From the IMG/VR virus record IMGVR_UViG_3300037140_000076, positions 32,001 to 96,000 of that record: 64,000 nucleotides of DNA; one strand, written 5' to 3'. Shown here in pieces: positions 42,055 to 50,447 of this stretch. Below the pieces are notes generated by a model that had not been told where the DNA came from, searched no databases, and saw only the letters and a program-made list of their open reading frames with translations. A program made the translations under genes and the position numbers. How positions within the stretch are numbered: position 1 is the first letter of the stretch; each line of letters opens with the position of its first letter. This DNA is from a virus.

Positions 42055-42501
42055 ATGACAAAAATAAAACCAGACGTCACCGAAACTAACCCATTCGTTA
42101 TCTATCCCCCCGATTCCAATGTAATTTTAAATCTTCCAAAACCAAATTCTGTATCTAATTTTGAAAAGGATTTGCTTGAAAAGTTTAACGAATATGATGG
42201 TCCTAAAAGCACCCGTGGTAAAGTACCCGATGAAATTCAACCTCTTAAAGATAAAGAAAATATTTTTCAAGATACCCATGCTATAAACAATTCAATGGTT
42301 TTGCAAAAATTAGGATTTGAAGAAAGATCAGCTACCCAATGGTATCACCCAGTTCTTGGAGATGATATGGAACATAACTGGCTTCATTTTGATACTCAAT
42401 ATGATGATACTGAATCTATTGTACCAAAGATTTATAAAACAGGATTTGTACAAGGTCAGAAAAATATTCGGATGGGTATTAAAAAGGTACTCGATATTTA
42501 A
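42055..42501 (+). CDS. hypothetical protein
   Basis: 148-aa ORF in operon. Confidence 0.6.
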   Translation: MTKIKPDVTETNPFVIYPPDSNVILNLPKPNSVSNFEKDLLEKFNEYDGPKSTRGKVPDEIQPLKDKENIFQDTHAINNSMVLQKLGFEERSATQWYHPVLGDDMEHNWLHFDTQYDDTESIVPKIYKTGFVQGQKNIRMGIKKVLDI

Positions 42502-42843
42502 AAACAACAATTACATGGCAGCTAAAAAAGAAACTAGAAAATCATTTTGTATTACCGCTAAGATTATTATCACAACAAGTATTGAAGTTTATGCTAATAC
42601 GTTTACTGAAGCTGTGGATTTATCAAGAGGTTTAGGAGTAGATAATTTTGTTGAAGTCATTGGTGATCACATTGATAGTGAATTCGGCATAGAAGGTATT
42701 TCTGCTTTTCCGAATACCGCAACACTTTAATTATGTACGAAGACTTATTAAAGGACCCTCCCGACACTGAGGAAGATATTCCAGATATACTTCAACCCCC
42801 AGGCCCCGCTGTTCCGGTGGCTGGATTATGTTTTGCTGAAAGA

Positions 42844-42951
42844 TTATAACAAAACTCAGTGATAATTATCATTGGATTTAGTGATAAAAATAAAATTATA
42901 ACAAAATTTTGTTATAAAATTTGGTAGATTAAAAAATTCTTCTTAGGTTTG
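42844..42951 (+). promoter_or_regulatory. three 22-bp operator-like palindromes plus a TTTG-N20-TAGGTTTG promoter
   Basis: TTATAACAAAATTTTGTTATAA (42896-42917) abuts the -33 box. Confidence 0.7.
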
Positions 42952-42969
42952 TAGTCTAAATGATTTTTT

Positions 42970-43116
42970 ATGGTAGTAGGTATAATAATTGGTTTCGTTG
43001 CTGGCTTTGTAATTGGAGCACTTGTGTTCAGAAACAATACTACAAAAGCTAATGCCGTAATAGCAACTGTTCAGGCAGATACTGCAACCGTAGTAGCTGA
43101 CGCTAAAAAAGTTTAA
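42970..43116 (+). CDS. small single-pass membrane protein
   Basis: MVVGIIIGFVAGFVIGALVFRNN..., 48 aa, directly after the promoter. Confidence 0.6.
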   Translation: MVVGIIIGFVAGFVIGALVFRNNTTKANAVIATVQADTATVVADAKKV

Positions 43117-43147
43117 TCAAATGGGTGGAGACGCTTAAAATATTACA

Positions 43148-43282
43148 ATGCAACAATTTACAATGATAGTGGATAATAGAATTAATGCCGGAGGCGAAAA
43201 TCGTCTTTCAGGGATTCTATTGTAACATCATTAATAATATGTTAAACCTTTAGAACCCTGGATAATAAATCCAGGGTTTTTT
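43148..43282 (+). promoter_or_regulatory. attenuator-like leader 1 (leader ORF, antiterminator, terminator) before tRNA array 1
   Basis: ORF MQQFTMIVDNKN; CAGGGATTCTA (43209) can pair with TAGAACCCTG (43251); terminator AACCCTGGAT-aataa-ATCCAGGGTT-TTTT. Confidence 0.65.
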
Positions 43283-43287
43283 ATTTT

Positions 43288-43359
43288 AGACAATTAGCTC
43301 ATCGGGAGAGCGGAGCCTTTACACGGCTTGCGTAGAGGGTTCAATTCCTTCATTGTCTA
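43288..43359 (+). tRNA. tRNA-Val(TAC)
   Basis: cloverleaf; anticodon arm GAGCC-TTTACAC-GGCTT. Confidence 0.9.
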
Positions 43360-43415
43360 CATAATGACCGTTATAACGGACATTCTCCCCAGGAAATGAC
43401 CGCTATAACAAACAT

Positions 43416-43486
43416 TTTCCTCTCGTTCAATGGAAGGACGACTGCCTTCTAAGCAGTGAATAAGTGTTCGACTCACTTGGGGAAAA
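43416..43486 (+). tRNA. tRNA-Arg(TCT)
   Basis: ACTGC-CTTCTAA-GCAGT; T-loop TTCGACT. Confidence 0.9.
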
Positions 43487-43491
43487 CATAA

Positions 43492-43565
43492 GGCTTGTTA
43501 GCTCAGTGGCCCAGAGCGGGACTTTGTTAAAGTTCGGGTCCTTGGTTCGAATCCAAGACGAGCCT
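43492..43565 (+). tRNA. tRNA-Asn(GTT)
   Basis: GGACT-TTGTTAA-AGTTC; T-loop TTCGAAT. Confidence 0.9.
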
Positions 43566-43612
43566 CAAAATTAATTTGGATATGTCACAAACTTTATGTA
43601 TATTGTGTCATA

Positions 43613-44014
43613 ATGAAAATTTGTACACGATGTAAAGATAAAAAAGAACTATCTGAGTTCTATAAAAGTCCAGGCAGTAAGGATGGTTATCGCATTTATT
43701 GTAAAACATGTTATAGTAAGTTACGAAAGAGGACATATAATTTTCAAAAAGCAAAGAAATTATTTTTAAAAAGTAAATACAAAATAACTTTAGAAGAATT
43801 GGAAGTTTTATTTTTAAAACAAAAGAAAAAATGTGCTATTTGTAATGAACCAAATGAAGAAGTGTCTACTAGAAGTGGGTTACATATAGACCATGATCAT
43901 GTTACAGGAAAAGTCAGAGGTTTACTTTGTAAAAACTGTAATCAATTGATAGGCAATGCTAAAGATAATATAAATATTTTAGAAAATAGTATAAAATATT
44001 TATTATGTTCTTAA
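43613..44014 (+). CDS. endonuclease VII-family homing endonuclease
   Basis: CTRC...CKTC N-terminus; Q...CAIC...LHIDHDH.TGKVRGLLC..CN..IG. Confidence 0.9.
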   Translation: MKICTRCKDKKELSEFYKSPGSKDGYRIYCKTCYSKLRKRTYNFQKAKKLFLKSKYKITLEELEVLFLKQKKKCAICNEPNEEVSTRSGLHIDHDHVTGKVRGLLCKNCNQLIGNAKDNINILENSIKYLLCS

Positions 44015-44811
44015 CATTCACAGAAGAAGGGCATTCGTATGAGTCAATTCCAGCCGTTTCCTGGACTTCTGTGACTAAATTAATAGAAAGCTACTGCAAT
44101 CCTTTTGATGAGGAGGATCAAGCTCTGAGGAGTTCACAGAATATGAATTCAAAATGGTTTGGGATGGACCCAGTGGAGATTATCAAACTCTGGAAGGCTG
44201 AAAACCTTCGTTCCACTGATGCCGGAACCTGGGTCCACAACAAATGGGAAAAAAATGTTAGCTCTTTAAAGCACAAAGAGTGGGAAGGAAAGAAATTAAA
44301 AGTTTTTCCTGGAAAATGGGAAGGAGAAACTAAAATTGCACCGGCCCAGGAACTTGAAGAAGGGGTTTACCCTGAACATATTATATATAATGAAAATCTT
44401 CAGGTGTGTGGACAGGCTGATATTGTTAATGTTAGGGATGGTTTTGTAGATGTAATTGATTATAAGACTAGTAAGGAGATTGAGGACCACTCTTATGGAT
44501 TCAAGTATGGAAATGCGAGTATGATGTTGGAACCGGTGAACCATTTAGAGGATTGCAACCTTTCTCATTATGTTCTTCAGCTTGGTATCTATATGAGGCT
44601 CATCCTGTTAAAGAATCCGGCTCTGAAACCTGGTAAACTGATCCTCATTCATGTAAAAATGGATATTAATGAGCTTGATCAATATGGATTTCCTATCCTA
44701 AAAAGGACAAAAGAAAACGGATATAAAATTAAAAGAACAAAAAATTATAATATAAAATACATTGAGAATGAAGTTCGTAGTGTATTAAAAGATCATTATT
44801 TAAAATTGTAG
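44005..44811 (+). CDS. PD-(D/E)XK (Cas4-like) exonuclease
   Basis: GTWVH, CGQAD, IDYKTS, Y.LQLGIY. Confidence 0.85.
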   Translation: MFLTFTEEGHSYESIPAVSWTSVTKLIESYCNPFDEEDQALRSSQNMNSKWFGMDPVEIIKLWKAENLRSTDAGTWVHNKWEKNVSSLKHKEWEGKKLKVFPGKWEGETKIAPAQELEEGVYPEHIIYNENLQVCGQADIVNVRDGFVDVIDYKTSKEIEDHSYGFKYGNASMMLEPVNHLEDCNLSHYVLQLGIYMRLILLKNPALKPGKLILIHVKMDINELDQYGFPILKRTKENGYKIKRTKNYNIKYIENEVRSVLKDHYLKL

Positions 44812-44956
44812 GGTGGCGAAATTGGCAGACGCAACCGCTTGTCTCGCGGTCGTGGATAAGGAAATAGATAGTAGATAGACGGTTGACCAGCAATGAATTA
44901 ACTTCTTTTGTCTCCTGTTGAATCCCCACTTAATGGTTCGAATCCATTTTCTACAG
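44807..44956 (+). ncRNA. tRNA-like RNA (GTC loop) with a ~88-nt variable arm
   Basis: acceptor TGTAGGG/TTCTACA-G, D-arm GCG-AAATTGGCAGA-CGC, ACCGC-TTGTCTC-GCGGT, T-arm AATGG-TTCGAAT-CCATT. Confidence 0.65.
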
Positions 44957-45076
44957 CAATTGATCAGTATGTTGCAGATAGAATCTGATCTGGCCCTACG
45001 CACTGCAAAGCGTTGAGGGAGCGCGTCCGGGATAAGTAGACCTGGTAAGACTACGCTAGGAAAAAGTCTTTTATAT

Positions 45077-45151
45077 TGCGGGATAGAGTAAATGGATAAC
45101 TCGAAGGTCTCATAAGCCTTGTCTATGTCGGATCGTACCCGGCTCCCGCAA
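45077..45151 (+). tRNA. tRNA-Met(CAT) (initiator-like; Ile2 not excluded)
   Basis: TGCGGGA/TCCCGCA; AAGGT-CTCATAA-GCCTT. Confidence 0.8.
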
Positions 45152-45262
45152 CGGTGGTGTCTTGAACGTAGTCCTGGGAAACAACAAGGGAAGTACAACT
45201 AACGGGTTACTGAAAGGGCTTTGTAGTTCAAGAATTAAACAGGTAAAGCTGGCCGCTACTTT

Positions 45263-45336
45263 GCGCCATACGCATTCCGGTAGTGTGCCTGGCTTCCAAC
45301 CAGGATGAGTCGGTTCGATTCCGACATGACGCACCA
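45263..45336 (+). tRNA. tRNA-Gly(TCC)
   Basis: CCTGG-CTTCCAA-CCAGG; encoded CCA. Confidence 0.88.
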
Positions 45337-45416
45337 GGACAAGACGGAGGTTCGAATCCTCCCGGCTATGTATCCGTAATTGGGTGACGCAGTAGTTTAG
45401 TGGTTAGAATATGTCC
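45337..45416 (+). ncRNA. circularly permuted tRNA-like RNA (T-arm, closed acceptor, D-arm)
   Basis: GGACA...GGAGG-TTCGAAT-CCTCC...hairpin...TAGTTTAGTGGTTAGAAT-A-TGTCC. Confidence 0.55.
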
Positions 45417-45419
45417 AAT

Positions 45420-45491
45420 GCTCCTTTCGTCTACTGGCTAGGACATCACTCTTTCCAAGTGATTAAGACAGATCGAAACTGTCAGGGAGTA
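45420..45491 (+). tRNA. tRNA-Glu(TTC)
   Basis: TCACT-CTTTCCA-AGTGA. Confidence 0.82.
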
Positions 45492-45497
45492 CAATAT

Positions 45498-45572
45498 GGT
45501 ACATTAGGGGAGTCCGGAGTCCCTGCCTCACTGTCTATGAGGAGATCATCGGTTCAAATCCGATATGTACTG
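45498..45572 (+). tRNA. tRNA-Asp(GTC)
   Basis: CCTCA-CTGTCTA-TGAGG; discriminator G. Confidence 0.88.
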
Positions 45573-45629
45573 CAAGATGGAACGTTTAGTACGTCTGAAC
45601 ACGAAATAATGGTTCCCCATCTTTTCTAT

Positions 45630-45704
45630 ATTCGGATAACTCAGTCTGGTCAGAGGGCGACTCTTATAAGGTCGCAGTCAGTGGTTCAAATCCACTTCCG
45701 AATA
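45630..45704 (+). tRNA. tRNA-Ile(TAT)
   Basis: CGACT-CTTATAA-GGTCG. Confidence 0.85.
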
Positions 45705-45776
45705 CTGGTTCGTATAAAGGCACGAATTGTTCGAAAGATTCGTGTAAATACGTAATTTGCAAATTGCAAATTATAC

Positions 45777-45850
45777 TGACCTATGGCGCAGCTTGGTAGC
45801 GCAGCACTCTGATAAGGTGAAGGTCCCTGGTTCAAATCCAGGTGGGTCAA
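45777..45850 (+). tRNA. tRNA-Ile(GAT)
   Basis: GCACT-CTGATAA-GGTGA; canonical D- and T-arms. Confidence 0.9.
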
Positions 45851-45893
45851 CTCTGTTCATATTTTTTCTCTGTTCACGAAAAGTGAACAACCT

Positions 45894-45964
45894 GGGCCAG
45901 ATCCCGAAGGCAGGGCATCTCGCTTGCACCGAGAATGAAGCGGGTTCGATTCCCCATGTGTCCA
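45894..45964 (+). tRNA. tRNA-Ala(TGC), irregular acceptor stem
   Basis: TCTCG-CTTGCAC-CGAGA; G3:U70 present. Confidence 0.7.
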
Positions 45965-46035
45965 CTTTTTTCCCAAATTTGGAAATGTGAAAAATTTTCA
46001 CTATATTGAATTCTTCACATCCAAATTTAAATAAT

Positions 46036-46533
46036 ATGTTAAAGTTCATCCTAGACAACCCAGAGAAGACACTTTTCGGTAAGATTAGAAACATTGGTTT
46101 TGTATTTGCACTGGAATTAATTTACTTAAGTATCATTGTTTTTTTATTGAAACAACTAGATCCCTTTGATCTATATACTCTTATGCATCAATATAGTTTA
46201 CCACATGTTATAGACGCTAATGCTATTGGGATATTTTTCTTTGCTTGTATTTGGGCACCCCTATGGGAAGAAGCGGCTTTCAGGTATGCTCCTATAACGA
46301 TTGCCAAGAACTTTGGACCTCAATTTTTGTTCCCGGTTATAATAATTAGTAGTGTTTTATTTGGTTGGGGTCATGGATCTGGACCTGTTAGTCTTCTTAT
46401 TCAGGGAGTTGGGGGATTCTTGTTTTCCCTGCTTTATATTAAAAATGGTTTTAGTTATAAATCTTCAGTAACTGCCCACTTCCTTTGGAACCTTTCTCTT
46501 ATGTTCCTCCTTCCTGTTTTAATAGCAAATTAA
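46036..46533 (+). CDS. CPBP (CAAX/Abi) family intramembrane metalloprotease
   Basis: APLWEEAAFR, FGWGH, HFLWN; multiple TM segments. Confidence 0.88.
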   Translation: MLKFILDNPEKTLFGKIRNIGFVFALELIYLSIIVFLLKQLDPFDLYTLMHQYSLPHVIDANAIGIFFFACIWAPLWEEAAFRYAPITIAKNFGPQFLFPVIIISSVLFGWGHGSGPVSLLIQGVGGFLFSLLYIKNGFSYKSSVTAHFLWNLSLMFLLPVLIAN

Positions 46534-46584
46534 ATTTTGTAATATCAATTCTTTTAAGTACTTTAGGGTCATAATTTAGTTATT

Positions 46585-47364
46585 ATGGCCCTAATTGCTA
46601 TGGCGGTATACTCAACTGAGGAGAACGGAAAAAATGAATATCTGGATAAAACTCTTCAATCATTGGAAGAGACTGTAGATTTTACTAAACATCGTCTAAT
46701 TCTATCTGTTAATGCTTATACAGCAGAAACTCTTTTGATATTCAGAAGATTTAAAGGCATGTTTGAATTGATTTTCAATAAAGAAAATCTTGGAACCGCT
46801 GAAGCAATTAACCTTGCTTGGAAAGATCAATGGCCGGGAGAAAATCTCATTAAGATGGATGATGATGTTGTCATAAATGTTAATGGATGGGTTGATCGCA
46901 TGGAAGAAGCTATTCAGAGAGATCCAACGATAGGTCAATGTGGTCTAAAAAGAAGAGATTGTACAGAAACTCCCTGGAATCCCGACCCCTTTTATAAATC
47001 AAAACTTGAAATGCTTCCTCACTCCCCCGGTGAGAAATGGATTGTAGTAGAAGAAGTATCTCACGTTATGGGGACTTGTGTCATGCACTCTGCTGCACTA
47101 CTTCACAAAGTAGGATACCTTTATCAACCAAAACTTTATGGATTTGATGATTCGTTTATGAGTCTTCGGTCCCGAATTGCGGGATTTAGAAATGTATTTT
47201 TGCCTGGTATAGATATTGAGCATATTGATAGAGGAGATACCGGGTTTCAAAAATGGAAAGAGAAACATGCTGGAGAGTGTTGGCAAGAATATATGCAAGT
47301 GGTAAGAGATTATACATCAGGTAAAAAAAGCGTTTATTATAATCCATTCGAAAATGATAAATGA
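46585..47364 (+). CDS. glycosyltransferase family 2
   Basis: NLGTAEAIN, KMDDDV, YGFDD...R...GF.N...IEH. Confidence 0.85.
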   Translation: MALIAMAVYSTEENGKNEYLDKTLQSLEETVDFTKHRLILSVNAYTAETLLIFRRFKGMFELIFNKENLGTAEAINLAWKDQWPGENLIKMDDDVVINVNGWVDRMEEAIQRDPTIGQCGLKRRDCTETPWNPDPFYKSKLEMLPHSPGEKWIVVEEVSHVMGTCVMHSAALLHKVGYLYQPKLYGFDDSFMSLRSRIAGFRNVFLPGIDIEHIDRGDTGFQKWKEKHAGECWQEYMQVVRDYTSGKKSVYYNPFENDK

Positions 47365-48058
47365 TACAATAGTTCTTACTGCAATATATCATGAGTTTTG
47401 GGGAACAGAACAGTTTAGAAAATCTGTTGAGAGAGTAGGTCTGGATGTTTATAATGTATTTCCTGAAAACACCCCATATAGAGGAAACGGTTTTATTTAT
47501 CAATACTTTTACAAAGCCTTTTTAGATCTTAAAGATAAATATAAAACAGTTATTTATTCGGATGGAGCAGATACAGTTTTTCAAAAAGCATTTGTACCAC
47601 CAACTGATAGAATAATTTATTCTGTTGAAAAAGCAATATGGCCTCCTGCCGAACGCTTCCCACATCTTAAAGTTCTTTATGATAACTATTATAACAAACA
47701 CTGGCGTAGAAATGATTGGCCTTGGAAATATTTGAATGGGGGAAACTGGTGTGGTCCCATTCATCTATTAATTGAATGGTATGAACGATACGGATTGAAA
47801 GATTTGACAGGAGATATAAATGGTCAGAGAGAGCAAGCCGAAGCTTTTATGAAAGCAGATGCAGATGGTTTTCCAATTAAGTTCGATCATAATTGCGAAT
47901 ATTTTCAGACAACAGGTTTTGAAAATCAAGGAGATTTCAGTTTAGCGGAAGATGGAAAATCAATTATAAATAATTTAACAGGGACGATTCCTTGCGTTCT
48001 TCATGGGAACGGGCGAACTCCGATGAATGCCATATATAATAGATATAACGTACAATAA
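47354..48058 (+). CDS. PLOD/LH3-type glycosyltransferase domain protein
   Basis: YSDGADTVF, EKAIWP, YLNGG..G, D..CEYFQT, PCVLHGNG. Confidence 0.75.
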   Translation: MINDTIVLTAIYHEFWGTEQFRKSVERVGLDVYNVFPENTPYRGNGFIYQYFYKAFLDLKDKYKTVIYSDGADTVFQKAFVPPTDRIIYSVEKAIWPPAERFPHLKVLYDNYYNKHWRRNDWPWKYLNGGNWCGPIHLLIEWYERYGLKDLTGDINGQREQAEAFMKADADGFPIKFDHNCEYFQTTGFENQGDFSLAEDGKSIINNLTGTIPCVLHGNGRTPMNAIYNRYNVQ

Positions 48059-48059
48059 A

Positions 48060-49115
48060 ATGACGAACAAAGAAAAAGCAAAACGACAAAGAGACCGAAG
48101 AAAAACCTATTCATTGTCAAAAAGAAAAAAAATAGCAAAGCAGGTGAAGGCGTATGCCGAAGCAAATAAAGAAAGACTTTCTTTTTTAAAAGCAGAAATG
48201 TATAGAATAAATAGAGAGTATATTTTACACTTCAAAGCAACACATCCTTGTGTAATTTGTGGACAGACTGATCCTTTCGTTTTAGACTTTGACCATTTAG
48301 ATCCTTCTAAAAAGGAAGCAACGGTTGCAAATATGTTAGGTAGAACAGCTTCTCTAGAAAAAATAAAAAAAGAGATAGCCAAATGCCAGATATTGTGTGC
48401 TAATTGTCATAGAAGAAAACATTTTTATGAAAAGAACAAATACAATTTTAAACAAAATATTGTTTTAATCGGAGGCGGTAATCATGTTCAGTACTGTATT
48501 GATATAATTAAAAAACAAAACAAATACAATATTGTCGGTATCATTGATTCAGTTAAAGATATTGGAGAAATTGTATACGATTATCCTGTCATAGGAAGAC
48601 AAAAAAATATTGTTGAACTTTCAAAACAATATGGGTTTGAAAGTGGTATAATTACTGTTGGAGATAATTGGGCAAGATATAAAATATATGGAGATATTAT
48701 TGAGGCTTATCCATCATTTATGTTTGTAAACGCAATTCATCCTTCAGTATTAATAGGCAATAATGTAAAGATAGGTAAAGGAGTAATAGCAATGGCGGGT
48801 GTAATATTTAATCCTGGAGCAAATATTGGAGATTTTACTTTCTTTGCAACAGGTGCGCAAGTAGAACACGATTGTATAATAGAACATTTTGCAAGTGTAT
48901 CAGCGGGGTCTATTCTTGGTGGTCATGTTCATATAAAAGAGTTTGCTGCTATTACTCTAGGGGTAACAATAATTGATCGTCTTACTATTGGATGGAATAC
49001 AGTAATTGGATCAGGGTCTCTTGTAACAAAAGATATAGATGATAATGTGTTGGCATATGGAAGCCCTGCGAAAGTAATAAGAATAAGACAACAAGGAGAA
49101 AGATTTTTAAAATAA
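48060..49115 (+). CDS. HNH domain fused to a NeuD/PglD-family sugar acetyltransferase
   Basis: N-terminal CVICG..D..VLDFDH...CANCHRR; C-terminal IGGGNH, AIHPS, hexapeptide repeats, GSPAK. Confidence 0.85.
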   Translation: MTNKEKAKRQRDRRKTYSLSKRKKIAKQVKAYAEANKERLSFLKAEMYRINREYILHFKATHPCVICGQTDPFVLDFDHLDPSKKEATVANMLGRTASLEKIKKEIAKCQILCANCHRRKHFYEKNKYNFKQNIVLIGGGNHVQYCIDIIKKQNKYNIVGIIDSVKDIGEIVYDYPVIGRQKNIVELSKQYGFESGIITVGDNWARYKIYGDIIEAYPSFMFVNAIHPSVLIGNNVKIGKGVIAMAGVIFNPGANIGDFTFFATGAQVEHDCIIEHFASVSAGSILGGHVHIKEFAAITLGVTIIDRLTIGWNTVIGSGSLVTKDIDDNVLAYGSPAKVIRIRQQGERFLK

Positions 49116-49120
49116 TAAAT

Positions 49121-49912
49121 ATGTCACCATCCCACGCAATAGAATTAAACCATAGAGGTTATACTATTATACCAAATTTGATACCGCCTATTATTGTTGA
49201 TGGATTGAGATATGCGTTGAACTTTTCATTTGATAAACACAGACAGATACAAATTGATAATAATAATGATATAGTTACGGAAGGCGTTGCTCTACATGTT
49301 TTATTAGATAATAGAAGATTTATTGAATTCTTACAATATCTTATGTTTGATATTAAGTTGTATTCCTTTCTGGAAGAAAATTATTTTAAATCAAAATTCA
49401 TATTGAATTCGATGAGTGGCTTGAATAACTTACCAAACCAACCAAACTTTTCGTCCATAGTTCACCGTGATTTGAGATTTTATACTGGCGAAATACCAGT
49501 CATGATAAATGCCCTTGTGATGGTTGACGAATTCACTGAAGATAATGGTCCCACCTTGTTATTACCATATTCTCATATTGATTTCGAAGAAAAACCAACC
49601 AATGAATACTTTCGAAGAAGTTCAGTGAAAGCTCTCGGTGAAGCCGGTAGTGTTTTATTATTTAATGCAAACGTTTGGCACGCATCTAGCTTAAATACTT
49701 CTCGTAACGGAAGAAGAGCATTACCAATAACATTCACTAAATCACTTATAAAGCAGTTATTGGATTATCCCAGGGCTTTAGGATACGATAGAATGGAAAG
49801 CTTTAGCGAACCAATGCAACAGCTTCTTGGGTATCATGCCCGTGTACCAGCCAACTTAGATGAATGGTATCAACCTTTTGATAAACGATTTTATAAAAAA
49901 AACCAAGATTAA
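49121..49912 (+). CDS. PhyH-family Fe(II)/2-oxoglutarate dioxygenase
   Basis: GY.II.N, HRD, DEFT.DNGPT.LLPYSH, GSVLLF...WH....N.S...RR. Confidence 0.88.
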   Translation: MSPSHAIELNHRGYTIIPNLIPPIIVDGLRYALNFSFDKHRQIQIDNNNDIVTEGVALHVLLDNRRFIEFLQYLMFDIKLYSFLEENYFKSKFILNSMSGLNNLPNQPNFSSIVHRDLRFYTGEIPVMINALVMVDEFTEDNGPTLLLPYSHIDFEEKPTNEYFRRSSVKALGEAGSVLLFNANVWHASSLNTSRNGRRALPITFTKSLIKQLLDYPRALGYDRMESFSEPMQQLLGYHARVPANLDEWYQPFDKRFYKKNQD

Positions 49913-50170
49913 AATAAACCATATGCCAATATTAATTTCTCGAAAACAGAATATAGTTCGATCATATACTTTTGAACTTAATCCAATAGAAACTCAAAAA
50001 TTTGAAGATGAGATTTTGAGTAATTTTTGGGATGCAACCAAAATTCCTGAAGACGAAAGAGCAGAGTTCAAAGTAACGTATACTATAGATTTTTATAAAA
50101 AACCAGTAGAAGAAGAACCCCAACCCCAGGATGGGTCACATATTATACTAGGATTACCTTCTATCTAATA

Positions 50171-50340
50171 TTTGGTAATTTCAATTATTTTACATATATT
50201 TGTTTTATGAAACATATCAATTCATATTATTCACTGAGTCTACTCTTATCGTCTTACGATACGGACCTGGGATAATATTGAATTAACCGAACTGATTCGG
50301 AAAAGTTATTACCCTGGGATTTTTATCCTGGGGTTTTTTG
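50171..50340 (+). promoter_or_regulatory. promoter plus attenuator leader 2 before the Leu/Ser/Tyr tRNA array
   Basis: TTTG-N20-TATATTTG; leader ORF 50207-50275; terminator ACCCTGGGAT-tttt-ATCCTGGGGT-TTTTT (50311-50339). Confidence 0.8.
50207..50275 (+). CDS. leader peptide MKHINSYYSLSLLLSSYDTDLG
   Basis: 12 consecutive Ser/Tyr/Leu codons matching the downstream tRNAs. Confidence 0.75.
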   Translation: MKHINSYYSLSLLLSSYDTDLG

Positions 50341-50344
50341 TTTT

Positions 50345-50418
50345 AGGGATGTGCTGCAATTGGTAGATAGCTACGCCTCAAAAGCGCATGTGTGTGGGTT
50401 CGAATCCCTCCTTCCCTA
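50345..50418 (+). tRNA. tRNA-Leu(CAA), short variable region
   Basis: TACGC-CTCAAAA-GCGCA; T-loop TTCGAAT. Confidence 0.78.
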
Positions 50419-50447
50419 CTAAAAGCGTTACTAACGCTTTTCAGTAT

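Noticed and set aside
43363-43416. Two 22-bp near-direct repeats (AATGACCG.TATAAC..ACATT) between tRNA-Val and tRNA-Arg
   Set aside because: Only two copies, not seen elsewhere; likely a local duplication.
44800-46094. ORF-track entries 44800-45198, 45110-45334, 45411-45755, 45757-45990 and 45771-46094
   Set aside because: They overlap tRNA genes and are shadow ORFs of GC-richer RNA sequence.
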